Program-made: the position numbers and the translations under genes
Origin: a virus
Reading direction: 5' to 3' (one strand)
Virus record (IMG/VR): IMGVR_UViG_3300042305_001483
Length of the DNA stretch: 64,000 nt
Shown here: positions 19,879-29,378 of the stretch, in pieces
Layout of the letters: the number at the start of each line of letters is the position of its first letter
Position numbering within the stretch: the stretch's first letter is position 1
The notes under the pieces: model-generated
The model's database searches: none
The model's input: the letters and a program-made list of their open reading frames with translations, nothing else
Told to the model about the DNA's origin: nothing

Positions 19879-20187
19879 ATGGGACGAATATATAGAACTA
19901 TGCAAGGCAAAGAAGTTGACATGGATAAATTAATGCGTCAGCACGAACTTATGCCAGCAATCGGAAATGTAAAAGTTAATGCTAGAGGTGATGAACTAGG
20001 ATCTGGTGGAAAAATTATTCGTAAACGAGAAGAAGTAATGGCAGAATATTACGAAAACAATCCAAAAGTAAAAAAAGAAGGTTCTAGAATTGTTGAAACG
20101 AAACCTCAACAAAATAATGTTCAACCTCAAACTACAGTAAATCCTCCAAAAAAAGTAAAAAATAACGAGAACGAAAATGAAAATTAA
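19879..20187 (+). CDS. hypothetical phage protein
   Basis: TAAGGAG SD; GN..VNARGDELG.GG motif. Confidence 0.8.
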   Translation: MGRIYRTMQGKEVDMDKLMRQHELMPAIGNVKVNARGDELGSGGKIIRKREEVMAEYYENNPKVKKEGSRIVETKPQQNNVQPQTTVNPPKKVKNNENENEN

Positions 20188-20512
20188 AGGTAAAATTTTA
20201 CCAATTAGAGATCATGTCTTAGTATCAGATATGAACTTTGGGGTACAACAAACTAAATCCGGAATTATTATTAATTCAGATGATGGAAAAACTTCCGGAA
20301 TCAAACCTCGTTGGGGTCGAGTTTGGGCAGTAGGACCTGAACAAAAAGATATCAAAGTTGGTGAATGGGTCTGTGTTGAACACGGTAGATGGACCAGAAC
20401 TATTGAACTTGAACAAGACGACGGCAGTATCTTAGAACTTAGGAGAGTCGAAACAAATGCTATTATGCTCACTGCCGACGAAAACCCCAGTGATGTCGAT
20501 GTTAGAGTTTGA
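20177..20512 (+). CDS. groES: co-chaperonin GroES-like
   Basis: PIRDHVLV, TKSGII, AVGP, VGEWV. Confidence 0.85.
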   Translation: MKIKGKILPIRDHVLVSDMNFGVQQTKSGIIINSDDGKTSGIKPRWGRVWAVGPEQKDIKVGEWVCVEHGRWTRTIELEQDDGSILELRRVETNAIMLTADENPSDVDVRV

Positions 20513-20528
20513 GAACTTGTGTAACGGC

Positions 20529-20568
20529 AAAATAGGACCTTGACAGGTCCTATTTTTTTTATTATAAT
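20529..20568 (+). terminator. intrinsic terminator overlapping a consensus sigma70 promoter
   Basis: aaaataggacct-tgac-aggtcctatttt plus T-run; TTGACA(20540)-17-TATAAT(20563). Confidence 0.85.
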
Positions 20569-20574
20569 AAAAAT

Positions 20575-20814
20575 ATGACCTATATTAAAAATTGGAGCGT
20601 GGAAGATATTTCTAGGCAAATTAATAATGCCTATCGAATTTGTGCATCGCCTCGACAAGATGGGTTTACTGCATGGGGTGTAAAACAAGATCTTTATCAA
20701 TTAAAATGGCTTTTAGACGAAGCAATTAAAAAATGCCCCACTTTTTCTCCAGAAGACGAATGGCTGAGAGAACAAGAAAAAAAGAAAGTAATTAAGATCT
20801 TAAAAGAAGAATAA
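20575..20814 (+). CDS. hypothetical protein (predicted leaderless)
   Basis: ATG 7 nt after TATAAT; no SD. Confidence 0.8.
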   Translation: MTYIKNWSVEDISRQINNAYRICASPRQDGFTAWGVKQDLYQLKWLLDEAIKKCPTFSPEDEWLREQEKKKVIKILKEE

Positions 20815-20815
20815 T

Positions 20816-21292
20816 ATGATTTTTAATAAAATTAAAGAACTTCAAGAAAAGAAAGTTGGTATTACTTTTAGTACCTTTGACCTTTTACATGCAGGGCATA
20901 TTGCTATGCTTAGTGAAGCAAAAAGACACTGTGATTATCTAATTGCAGCACTTCAAACAGATCCCACCATTGACAGACCTAATACTAAAAATAATCCTGT
21001 ACAAAGCATTGTAGAGCGGCAAATTCAACTTCAAGCAGTTAGGTATGTTGACGAAATCGTAGTATACCAAACAGAAAAAGATCTTGAAGATATACTGTTG
21101 ACTTTACCAATCAATGTTAGAATTTTAGGTGTTGAATATCAAGGAAAAGATTTTACTGGTAAAGATATTTGTATTAAAAGAGGAATTGAATTGGTATATA
21201 ACGGTAGGGATCATAGTTTTAGCTCTAGTAATCTTCGTAAACGAGTTAAAGAAGCAGAAACATTAAAAACTAATTTATCGGAGAAATGGTAA
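20816..21292 (+). CDS. cytidylyltransferase (glycerol-3-phosphate CTase/TagD-like)
   Basis: TFDLLHAGH (HIGH), SSSNLR. Confidence 0.9.
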   Translation: MIFNKIKELQEKKVGITFSTFDLLHAGHIAMLSEAKRHCDYLIAALQTDPTIDRPNTKNNPVQSIVERQIQLQAVRYVDEIVVYQTEKDLEDILLTLPINVRILGVEYQGKDFTGKDICIKRGIELVYNGRDHSFSSSNLRKRVKEAETLKTNLSEKW

Positions 21293-21293
21293 A

Positions 21294-21635
21294 ATGCACT
21301 ACGGGGCTCAAGCAAAACTATCATCAATAAACAATGTAAGAAGGGTTAATACACACATGAAAAAACATAGAATGCGTCGTTGGATACGAAATTGGTTAAT
21401 GAACTTTGACAGTCAACCTGAAAGAGAATCTGTGTTGTCTGTAGAACCAGCAGGTCTTCAATCCGAAGGAATGAAGTTTCAATTATATAGAGCCGCGGGT
21501 GGGTATGTTATTGAAACTACAACTTATGATCGGCATAAAGATCGTCGAAATACTAAAATGCATATTGTAACTGATGATCAAGATTTAGGTGATCAACTAG
21601 GTAAAATTGTTACAATGGAGGCTTTACGTGCCTAA
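21294..21635 (+). CDS. hypothetical protein
   Basis: GGAG SD; ORF. Confidence 0.75.
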   Translation: MHYGAQAKLSSINNVRRVNTHMKKHRMRRWIRNWLMNFDSQPERESVLSVEPAGLQSEGMKFQLYRAAGGYVIETTTYDRHKDRRNTKMHIVTDDQDLGDQLGKIVTMEALRA

Positions 21636-21789
21636 TTGTCGTATATGCAGACAGCCAATTAGTCCTTCCTGTGATTATAATCAAGGTCGGTGCCCACATA
21701 GGCCTCCCACAATTGACATACATCATTTGAGATTTTATAATCTTGTTAAAACAATTAAAGGATGGTTTAAAAATGAACGTTCAACCTAA
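21628..21789 (+). CDS. small Cys-rich protein (GTG start)
   Basis: GGAGG SD; CRIC…C…CPH. Confidence 0.6.
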   Translation: MPNCRICRQPISPSCDYNQGRCPHRPPTIDIHHLRFYNLVKTIKGWFKNERST

Positions 21790-21964
21790 AGATACAAGCA
21801 AGGGACACTTTTATGTTAGCCTTGTTAAAAGCGGTCTAAGAATTGTTGCTTCTGGATCTATTGTTGCTGCTGGATATATTATTCCTCACGGTGAATGGTT
21901 AATTGCCGGGGGAGTATTATTATTTTTAGCAGAAATTTTAGGTATTGCTGAGGAACTAGTATGA
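21773..21964 (+). CDS. small membrane protein
   Basis: Start re-called to 21773; AEILGIAEELV C-terminus. Confidence 0.7.
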   Translation: MNVQPKDTSKGHFYVSLVKSGLRIVASGSIVAAGYIIPHGEWLIAGGVLLFLAEILGIAEELV

Positions 21965-22887
21965 AAGAACTTTGGACTGAAAAATATCGCCCAAAAAACG
22001 TAAAAGATTATGTCTTTCGAGATAATGCTCAAAAAAAGCAAGTAGAAAGTTGGATTAAGCAAGGTAGTATCCCCCACTTGCTACTTAGTGGAGGACCGGG
22101 TATCGGAAAAACTACACTGGCCAAAGTTTTGCTAAATGAATTAGGAATTCAATCCTTTGACATTTTAGAAATGAACGCCAGTAGAGAACGAGGCATCGAC
22201 GAAGTTAAAAATAGAATTACAAATTTTATTCAAATGATTCCGTTTGGCCCATTTAAAGTAGTATTATTAGATGAGGCAGATTATCTAACACCAGAAGCAC
22301 AGGCTGCAATGCGAGGTGTTATGGAAGAATACTCAGCCACTAGTAGATTTATTTTAACCTGCAATCACCCTAATAGGATTATACCAGCAATCCATAGTCG
22401 GTGCCAAGGTTTCCATATGGAAAAAATAGATCAAACAGAATTCACAGCCAGATTAGCCACAATTCTAATTTCAGAGAACGTTGATTTTGATTTAGATATC
22501 CTTGATACATATGTTAAATTGGCTTACCCTGACTTAAGAAAATGCATCAATTTAGTCCAACAAAACATTATTGATAACAAACTTATAGAACCAAATAGCG
22601 GAAACGAAATGATTGGTGATTATAAGATTGAAATGGTCGAACTATTTAAAAAGAAAAAAATACAAGAAGCAAGAAAATTACTGTGCAGCAGAGCAAGACC
22701 AGAAGAAATTCCCGGAATTTATACCTGGATGTATGACAATATAGATTTATTCGGCGATACTGAAGAAACTAAAGATCAAGCATTATTAATTATTAAACAA
22801 GGACTTGTTGATCACACCTTAATTTTAGATCCGGAGATTAATTTAGCAGCAGTGTTAATTAAACTTGGAAGAAATTTGAAATCTTGA
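21961..22887 (+). CDS. clamp loader ATPase subunit (RFC small / T4 gp44-like)
   Basis: WTEKYRP, GPGIGKTT, NASRERGID, LDEADYL, SRC. Confidence 0.95.
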   Translation: MKELWTEKYRPKNVKDYVFRDNAQKKQVESWIKQGSIPHLLLSGGPGIGKTTLAKVLLNELGIQSFDILEMNASRERGIDEVKNRITNFIQMIPFGPFKVVLLDEADYLTPEAQAAMRGVMEEYSATSRFILTCNHPNRIIPAIHSRCQGFHMEKIDQTEFTARLATILISENVDFDLDILDTYVKLAYPDLRKCINLVQQNIIDNKLIEPNSGNEMIGDYKIEMVELFKKKKIQEARKLLCSRARPEEIPGIYTWMYDNIDLFGDTEETKDQALLIIKQGLVDHTLILDPEINLAAVLIKLGRNLKS

Positions 22888-22900
22888 AAATAAATAATGG

Positions 22901-23962
22901 ATGCTTATAAGAGAACTTATTTTTGAAGGTGGGTGGACCACTGGCGATAATCCTGGAATTAAAGCCAAGTTAGTTAAAGTAGGAATTCAATCTGTTAAAA
23001 ACTTTTTAAAAGATTTTAATCCTTGGTTAAAGTCTCAAGGATTAGGTCCTGCAGAAGTAGGCCATCCCACAGGTTCTGCTGCATATCACGAACTTGATGA
23101 TCCAGAAAACACCATATACGGTGATATGGATCTTCAACTTATTATTCCTGATATGCCCGAGTATGATTCAATGACCAGCGGTCAACTCCAGGGTAAATGG
23201 GGGTCGTTAATTGATTCTTTTATAAAAAACTCAAATTTATCATACATTGATAAAAATGAAAGTAAAGGTAGTCAACCAATGTTTATACTACCTGGAGGTG
23301 ATAAATTACAAGTCGATCTCATGCCTCACCCTGCTAAAACTTCAGAGTGGGGTAGATTTCGAGCCACCGGCGAACATGGACTTAAAGGCCTATTAAATGG
23401 AAACATGTTTGCCACAATGAGTGAATTATACCCTGTTAATCTGCAACACAAAGGAATTCAATATAAAACTATTAATGGTAAAAAAGTTAACTACGGTAAA
23501 ACACTTAAAGGTTATCAATTACATACCGTAGGTACTGATATTAAACGTTGGATACTAGACATATTTTTACACGAAGCAGAAGAACAAGGAATAGAAAATC
23601 CAAAAATTGATCCATTGCTAAAAAATAACCCGGGCGTCGATACACAAAATGTTAATGTTTTAAGATTAGTCAACGGTATAAAAGGATTCGCAAAAAGTTG
23701 CGAACTCAATAACATGTTTGGTCAAGGTAACTTAGAAAGATTTAATTCAGCAGATGATTTTCTAAGTCAATTTTTAAATCATTACGTTGAGAAGAGTCAA
23801 CACGCTATAACTGCACCAAAAAGAGACAAAGCCAGTACTCCAGCAAGTCAGGCAAGAGCAGTTAAAGATAGAGAAGCACTATCTCGAGGGTTAGAATACG
23901 TTAAAAGTTTATTTACTGGTTCAGAAAACAATCAACCTCGATATCGAGACTGGAAGAAATAG
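22901..23962 (+). CDS. Pol-beta-superfamily nucleotidyltransferase-like protein with capsid-targeting-like N-terminus
   Basis: MLIRELIFEGG; GS…GDMDLQ…QVD…GLKG; TAAATA at 22891. Confidence 0.65.
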   Translation: MLIRELIFEGGWTTGDNPGIKAKLVKVGIQSVKNFLKDFNPWLKSQGLGPAEVGHPTGSAAYHELDDPENTIYGDMDLQLIIPDMPEYDSMTSGQLQGKWGSLIDSFIKNSNLSYIDKNESKGSQPMFILPGGDKLQVDLMPHPAKTSEWGRFRATGEHGLKGLLNGNMFATMSELYPVNLQHKGIQYKTINGKKVNYGKTLKGYQLHTVGTDIKRWILDIFLHEAEEQGIENPKIDPLLKNNPGVDTQNVNVLRLVNGIKGFAKSCELNNMFGQGNLERFNSADDFLSQFLNHYVEKSQHAITAPKRDKASTPASQARAVKDREALSRGLEYVKSLFTGSENNQPRYRDWKK

Positions 23963-23998
23963 GTCAAATAGCCTAGGCAGGTTGTGCTATTTGACCTA
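23960..23998. terminator. 13-bp stem between convergent genes
   Basis: taggtcaaatagc / gctatttgaccta. Confidence 0.7.
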
Positions 23999-24003
23999 AT
24001 AAT

Positions 24004-24759
24004 TCAATCCAACTCTTTATATATTTTCAATACTTCTTGAACCACAGGATGTCTCTCAATATCCTTGGTTTCAAATTTTGCCATAGCAATCATACGATGT
24101 TCACCTCCTTGGCCGTATAAATTGCAGAATTCTAGCAAGCCGTTTTCCCTAGGCCGGTCCGCCTGATTTAAATCTCCAGTCACTACCATTCGACTGTAGT
24201 CACCTAATCTCGTTAACAGCATTTTCATTTGACTAGGTGTTGCGTTTTGCATTTCGTCTGCCACAATAAACGAATTTTTAAAAGTTCGACCTCTCATGTA
24301 GGCTAATGGCGAAATTTCAACGATTCCATCTTCTAACATTTCCTGTATTTCTCTAGGATGGAAATATTCCTCAAAAACATCAAATATAGGTCTTGTCCAA
24401 GGTTCCATTTTTTGATTTAATGTTCCTGGTAAAAACCCATGTTCTTCATCAACGCTAACAGCCGGCCGTGTGACAATAATTTTTTTAATCACCCCCTCTT
24501 TTAATAATTTGATGGCCATTTGAACTGCAATCATAGTTTTTCCCGTGCCTGCTGGACCCACAGCAAAAACTATTGATTTTTTGGAATTTTTTAACAGTTC
24601 TAGATAAGTTTCTTGACTTAAATTTCTCGGAATAATAGAAACTTCTTGTTTGCGTTTAAGATACGGCTTAATTTGAATTAAATTACTACTATTTTCTTTG
24701 TTGAATCTAGGGTCTTTTTCTAAGAAAAATTCCCTTTCTCTTCTCTTGGTTCTAGGCAA
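24004..24759 (-). CDS. phoH: PhoH-family ATPase (TTG start)
   Basis: GPAGTGKT, TRPAV, GFLPG, YMRGRTF, DEMQN, GDLNQ, RHP; AGGAGGT SD. Confidence 0.95.
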   Translation of the reverse strand: MPRTKRREREFFLEKDPRFNKENSSNLIQIKPYLKRKQEVSIIPRNLSQETYLELLKNSKKSIVFAVGPAGTGKTMIAVQMAIKLLKEGVIKKIIVTRPAVSVDEEHGFLPGTLNQKMEPWTRPIFDVFEEYFHPREIQEMLEDGIVEISPLAYMRGRTFKNSFIVADEMQNATPSQMKMLLTRLGDYSRMVVTGDLNQADRPRENGLLEFCNLYGQGGEHRMIAMAKFETKDIERHPVVQEVLKIYKELD

Positions 24760-24896
24760 TTGATACCTCCTATAATGAGATCAACCTGCACAAATATTTA
24801 AAATCAATTTAAAATATACGCCTAAAATAGCCGAATTTTTAAAATAAATTTCATCGGGCGTATAGATAAATATTTTTAACAAGAGAGCCAACTACT

Positions 24897-25418
24897 ATGC
24901 ACGATATACTCGAAGTAATTAAAAATGTACAAACATTAAGCGAAAACAATTCAGCATTTAAAATTCTAAAAGATTTTGAACGTGTTTTAGATGAATTAAA
25001 CATTTATGTGTTTAAAAATTGGGAAGAAGGGGAATTAATTTCAGGACCTCATGTTAATCGTTATTCAGTAACCTGTAAATTTATGTGGCCAGAGTTAGAC
25101 ATGCCTGACCCAAAAGGTGGAAAACGATTAATAGAGTACGGCTGTAAAGTAGTGTTTTCTAAAGACCATGTGTTAATGCCTAGAAAGATTAAAGATCCCG
25201 GAGACTTCCGCCCAGGAACCAAAAAAGGAAAAATTGATGAATATCCAATTTGGACTGTAGAAATTACTATGCCTAAAAAACTAATGCAAGATGTTTACAT
25301 TGGTAAAGAAAATAAAGAAAACAACAGAATGGCCGAATTGATGAAATATCATCAAGAGCAGGTAACTCCAGAAACTGCTGCACAAGAAGCACCAGAGGAA
25401 CCACAACAAAATGTATAA
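24897..25418 (+). CDS. conserved hypothetical phage protein
   Basis: TAAATA at 24867; ORF. Confidence 0.8.
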   Translation: MHDILEVIKNVQTLSENNSAFKILKDFERVLDELNIYVFKNWEEGELISGPHVNRYSVTCKFMWPELDMPDPKGGKRLIEYGCKVVFSKDHVLMPRKIKDPGDFRPGTKKGKIDEYPIWTVEITMPKKLMQDVYIGKENKENNRMAELMKYHQEQVTPETAAQEAPEEPQQNV

Positions 25419-26157
25419 GCAAAAATTAACTGAAAGCCTTCGAAGAGGTGACTTAAAAGATTATGTATCTGATATTTTTACCGTAGATAGATATAAAAGT
25501 AAAATGGGAGAAGACCAAGATATTTTAGTGCTTGGTTTTAAAGTAAAAGAAAAATATCCAGCAATTGATCTCATGGAATTTATTGAAAAAGGATACAATT
25601 TTATTTTGGATGCAGATATCAGTGCTGGAGAAGAAAGAGATGGGCAGTATCAGGTGTTTGTTGAAATTGAAAGAACGCCGGGGTTGACTGAACAATTAAA
25701 AGAGTTAGTAAATGGTATAAGTCAACTTTGTGATTGCTATGAATGGAAATTTAGATATCAATCGACTCCAAGGTATTTTTTGTTTAACGAAGATACTATT
25801 AAAAAACAAATTCCAATGACCCCAGAAGGCTATAAATCAAAAATTTTAGAAATTAAAAATTCTGATGTTAAAGATTTTTTTAATCAAGGAGCCGTTGAAG
25901 TAACTTTGGACGAAAGCAATAATTTAATTTTTAAGAAACCATTCGCTGGTGATTTATATGCAAAATTTGTTTCTATAGGAAAATACAAAGACGTTGAAAA
26001 AACATTACCAGGAGCAATTTCATTAGATGAAAGTAGTCAAAGTCAAGTTTTATTTTTAAACAAATATATCGGCAATTATGATATTCACAAAATTGGTAAT
26101 AAATTTTTAATTAGAAATGGAAATGATGCAATTATTATCGAAAAGGATAGGTGGTAA
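25411..26157 (+). CDS. conserved hypothetical phage protein
   Basis: GAGG SD; overlap with upstream gene. Confidence 0.8.
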   Translation: MYKQKLTESLRRGDLKDYVSDIFTVDRYKSKMGEDQDILVLGFKVKEKYPAIDLMEFIEKGYNFILDADISAGEERDGQYQVFVEIERTPGLTEQLKELVNGISQLCDCYEWKFRYQSTPRYFLFNEDTIKKQIPMTPEGYKSKILEIKNSDVKDFFNQGAVEVTLDESNNLIFKKPFAGDLYAKFVSIGKYKDVEKTLPGAISLDESSQSQVLFLNKYIGNYDIHKIGNKFLIRNGNDAIIIEKDRW

Positions 26158-26159
26158 TT

Positions 26160-26642
26160 ATGTGGCAAATATCTTGGATGCTAAGTTTATTACCTGAATG
26201 GTTTTGGTGGTCAGTTTTAATCTTAGGTCTAATAGCATTAGCACTTTCTTGGTTTCCTGTTCCTGCACAATTTAAATTTCCGTTAAAAATTGGAGGACTT
26301 GCCGGAATATTTTTAGGAACTTATATGGTAGGTATGGCTGCTAACGAGGCAAAATGGCAAGCAAAAATAAAAGAACTACAAGAACAATTAGAAATTGCTA
26401 AGAATCAAAGTAAAGAAGAAGTTGTTAGAATTGAAGAAAAAATTGTTTATAAAGACAGGATAATAAAAGAAAAAGGACAAACTCAAATTCAGTATATTGA
26501 TCGAGTCATTAAAGAAAAAGAAGAAATAAAAGTGTTTATAGAAAATTGTCCTATACCTAAAGACATTGTAGATGAACACAATAAAGCAGCAATCAATCAA
26601 TTGAATGAGGCCGCAAAGCCACCTAAGGGAGAAAAGAAATGA
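26160..26642 (+). CDS. inner-membrane spanin (Rz-like)
   Basis: N-terminal TMs plus coiled coil; precedes lipoprotein and endolysin. Confidence 0.7.
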   Translation: MWQISWMLSLLPEWFWWSVLILGLIALALSWFPVPAQFKFPLKIGGLAGIFLGTYMVGMAANEAKWQAKIKELQEQLEIAKNQSKEEVVRIEEKIVYKDRIIKEKGQTQIQYIDRVIKEKEEIKVFIENCPIPKDIVDEHNKAAINQLNEAAKPPKGEKK

Positions 26643-26917
26643 AATTATTAGTAGTTTTACTATCGTTGCTTATAGCAGGATGTGGAACTACTGTTCCCGT
26701 TAAACAAACTTTTCCCGATGTAGGAAAATCACTACAAGAAAAATGTCCAGACTTAAAAACGATTGAAGGTGAAAGAGTTTCAATCACAGACATGTTAAAA
26801 GTAGTCGTCGAAAACTACAATACCTATTACTCGTGTTCAAATAAAGTTGACGGTTGGAACGAATGGTATGTAAAACAAAAAGAAATTTTCGATAGAGTAA
26901 ATCAAAATAAAAAATAA
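26639..26917 (+). CDS. outer-membrane spanin lipoprotein (Rz1-like)
   Basis: Lipobox LIAGC; Pro/Cys content; NY..Y..C. Confidence 0.75.
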   Translation: MKLLVVLLSLLIAGCGTTVPVKQTFPDVGKSLQEKCPDLKTIEGERVSITDMLKVVVENYNTYYSCSNKVDGWNEWYVKQKEIFDRVNQNKK

Positions 26918-26926
26918 GGAGCACAT

Positions 26927-27562
26927 ATGTCAAACTTTATACTCAGCAGAGATCAACTTGCAGAATTAATTAAGGGTAACCCTTATGTAGATAACTGGTA
27001 TCATGCCATGGAATTATGTTTACCAGATTATGATATTAATACCCCCCAACGAGTGGCTGCTTTTGTTGCCCAGTGTGCTCACGAAAGTGCAGGATTTAAA
27101 TTTTTAAAGGAGAATTTAAATTATAGAGCAGCAAGTTTGAGAAAAGTATTTCCTAAGTATTTTCCTAATGATGACATAGCAAATCAATATGCTAATAGAC
27201 CAAATAAAGCAGAGGCGATTGCAAATAGAGTTTATGCTAATAGAATGGGCAATGGTCCAGAAGAAAGCGGAGATGGATTCCGCTATTGTGGTAGAGGGTT
27301 AATTCAATTAACTGGCAAACATAATTATGAAGCGTTTGCTATGAGCATAGAAACACCCGTCGAAGACATACCCGAGTATTTACAAACATTTGAAGGTGCA
27401 GTACAAAGTGCTTGTTGGTTTTGGGAAACAAATGGATTAAATCGTTGGGCCGATGCTGGAGATATTAAAGAATTAACAAGAAGAATTAATGGAGGATACA
27501 TCGGCCTTGATGATAGAATCAAACATTACAACCATGCACTTCATGTTATGGGTATACACTAA
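26927..27562 (+). CDS. glycoside hydrolase family 19 endolysin
   Basis: AQCAHES, ENLNY, GRGLIQLTGK.NY, TRRINGG..GL.DR. Confidence 0.93.
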   Translation: MSNFILSRDQLAELIKGNPYVDNWYHAMELCLPDYDINTPQRVAAFVAQCAHESAGFKFLKENLNYRAASLRKVFPKYFPNDDIANQYANRPNKAEAIANRVYANRMGNGPEESGDGFRYCGRGLIQLTGKHNYEAFAMSIETPVEDIPEYLQTFEGAVQSACWFWETNGLNRWADAGDIKELTRRINGGYIGLDDRIKHYNHALHVMGIH

Positions 27563-27582
27563 ACACTATTAAGGAGCAAATC

Positions 27583-28170
27583 GTGGCAACATCAGAAGAA
27601 TATGAAAAAATGAGCGCTAGCGAAAAGAAAAAAGAAGATTGGATGAATGCAAAGTGGCGTCCTATGATGGGATGGAGTTACATGGCCACATGTATAACTG
27701 ACTTTGTAATTTTTCCTATACTATGGTCTGTTGCGCAAATAATTGGCGGCGGTGAAGTTAAAATGCAATGGCAACCTATTACATTAATGGGTGCAGGTTT
27801 ATATCACGTTGCTATGGGTGCTGTATTAGGTTTAGCAGCATGGGGACGTACACAAGAAAAATTAAATGGAGCAAACAATGGCGGAATACAAACAGCATCA
27901 ATGGGCAGCACTCCAACATTTAGCCAACCTCAGACAGGAGGATTCGTTACACCAACCTCGTTTAATTCTTCAAATGCGTCAGGAGGTTTTACAAGAGTAT
28001 CAGCAGGCGGCTTTGGGGGAAATTCCGGAAGTAGTTTTAGTGCAGCGCCAGTTGCAGTAGCAGGATTTGGTGCGGCGGCAGCAGCATCTGTTCCTTTTAT
28101 GACAAATGAGGTTGTACTAGGACCAAACGGAAAGCCGGCTCCAGTACAACCAGAACAACCAGAAATTTAA
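27583..28170 (+). CDS. holin-like membrane protein
   Basis: WRPMMGWSY, TM segments, GRTQEK; follows endolysin. Confidence 0.7.
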   Translation: MATSEEYEKMSASEKKKEDWMNAKWRPMMGWSYMATCITDFVIFPILWSVAQIIGGGEVKMQWQPITLMGAGLYHVAMGAVLGLAAWGRTQEKLNGANNGGIQTASMGSTPTFSQPQTGGFVTPTSFNSSNASGGFTRVSAGGFGGNSGSSFSAAPVAVAGFGAAAAASVPFMTNEVVLGPNGKPAPVQPEQPEI

Positions 28171-28180
28171 GGAGATCAAA

Positions 28181-28222
28181 ATGGAAGAGTGTCCAAAATG
28201 TGGCGGAAAACATTGTAAATAA
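28181..28222 (+). CDS. 13-aa Cys/His micropeptide MEECPKCGGKHCK
   Basis: TAAGGAG SD 6 nt before ATG; stop overlaps the next gene's SD. Confidence 0.5.
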   Translation: MEECPKCGGKHCK

Positions 28223-28231
28223 GGAGAATAT

Positions 28232-28465
28232 ATGAAACATGTAATTTTTGTAGCAGGGTTAGCATTGACTCTATCGTACCCTGTACAGGCATCAAATGAA
28301 GGTCCAGGAAAAGGAGAAGTAAAAAAGGTTTGTACAGACAAAAAAGGAAAAGATGGAAAACCTGTATTAGATAAAGAAAAGAAACCAGTTCAAGAATGTA
28401 AGGATATAAAAGTTCGTAAAAAATTAGAAGGGACTGAGATTCCAGAAGATAAGAAAAAGAAATAA
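28232..28465 (+). CDS. small secreted Lys-rich protein
   Basis: Signal peptide (VQA), two Cys; TAAGGAG SD. Confidence 0.8.
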   Translation: MKHVIFVAGLALTLSYPVQASNEGPGKGEVKKVCTDKKGKDGKPVLDKEKKPVQECKDIKVRKKLEGTEIPEDKKKK

Positions 28466-28472
28466 TATTTTC

Positions 28473-28518
28473 TTGACTTAATCAAAAAGGTATAGTATTA
28501 TTATTACTATACCTTTTT
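28473..28518 (+). promoter_or_regulatory. sigma70-type promoter overlapping a 14-bp inverted repeat (probable bidirectional terminator)
   Basis: TTGACT-17-TATTAT; aaaaaggtatagta / tactataccttttt. Confidence 0.7.
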
Positions 28519-28522
28519 CTTT

Positions 28523-29353
28523 ATGAGTAATCATTATCAAACATTAGGCGTTAAAGCAAACGCTACCCAAGAAGAAATAAAAAAGGCCTATAGAAAATTA
28601 GCGGCACAGCATCACCCTGACAGAGGCGGCGATACAAAAAAATTTCAAGAAATTCAAGCAGCATATGATGTGTTAAGTGACCCAACAAAAAAACAACAAT
28701 ACGATAATCCAAATTCACAATTTGAAGAATTTCGAACATATGGAGGAATGCCGCCAGGGTTTGAAGATCTTATGAGTCAAATGTTTAATGGTGGGGGATT
28801 TACAGATCTTTTTGGAAAAAGACCAAATTCTTATAAAAACAAAACATTAAACTTTCAAACAACTATTTCTTTAGAAGATGCATTCTATGGTAAAATAATA
28901 ACAACAAATTTAAATCTCCCCAGAGGAGATGTTCAAACTTTAGAGGTAAAAATACCTGCAGGTATTAAAAATGGTAATGTTATAAGATTGGCAGGAGTAG
29001 GAGATAATTCTATACCCAATGCCCCCAGGGGAGATATTCATATAACAATTAATATTTCCAATCACTCGGTATTTACTAGAGAAAATGATGATCTTAGAAT
29101 GTCAGTAGAAATAGATTGCTTTGATGCAATACTGGGTAAAACATTGAAATTTAATTCAATAGATGGAAAAGTTTTAGAGACTGCAATTCCCCCCGGAATA
29201 CAACCTGGTCAAATGTTAAACATTCAAGGTTATGGTATGCCAAACATTTCGAATCCGTTAGCAAGAGGAAGACTGTTGTTAGAAATTAACATAACAATTC
29301 CAAAAACGTTAACAGACGAACAAAAAGATCAATTAAAAAAAATTATCAGTTAA
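28523..29353 (+). CDS. dnaJ: DnaJ/CbpA-class J-domain chaperone (no Zn finger)
   Basis: J domain with HPD; G/F region; DnaJ_C repeats. Confidence 0.93.
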   Translation: MSNHYQTLGVKANATQEEIKKAYRKLAAQHHPDRGGDTKKFQEIQAAYDVLSDPTKKQQYDNPNSQFEEFRTYGGMPPGFEDLMSQMFNGGGFTDLFGKRPNSYKNKTLNFQTTISLEDAFYGKIITTNLNLPRGDVQTLEVKIPAGIKNGNVIRLAGVGDNSIPNAPRGDIHITINISNHSVFTRENDDLRMSVEIDCFDAILGKTLKFNSIDGKVLETAIPPGIQPGQMLNIQGYGMPNISNPLARGRLLLEINITIPKTLTDEQKDQLKKIIS

Positions 29354-29378
29354 ATATTAAAAAATAAAGGAAACATAG

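Noticed and set aside
28484-28518. CIRCE heat-shock operator before dnaJ
   Set aside because: The inverted repeat does not match TTAGCACTC-N9-GAGTGCTAA.
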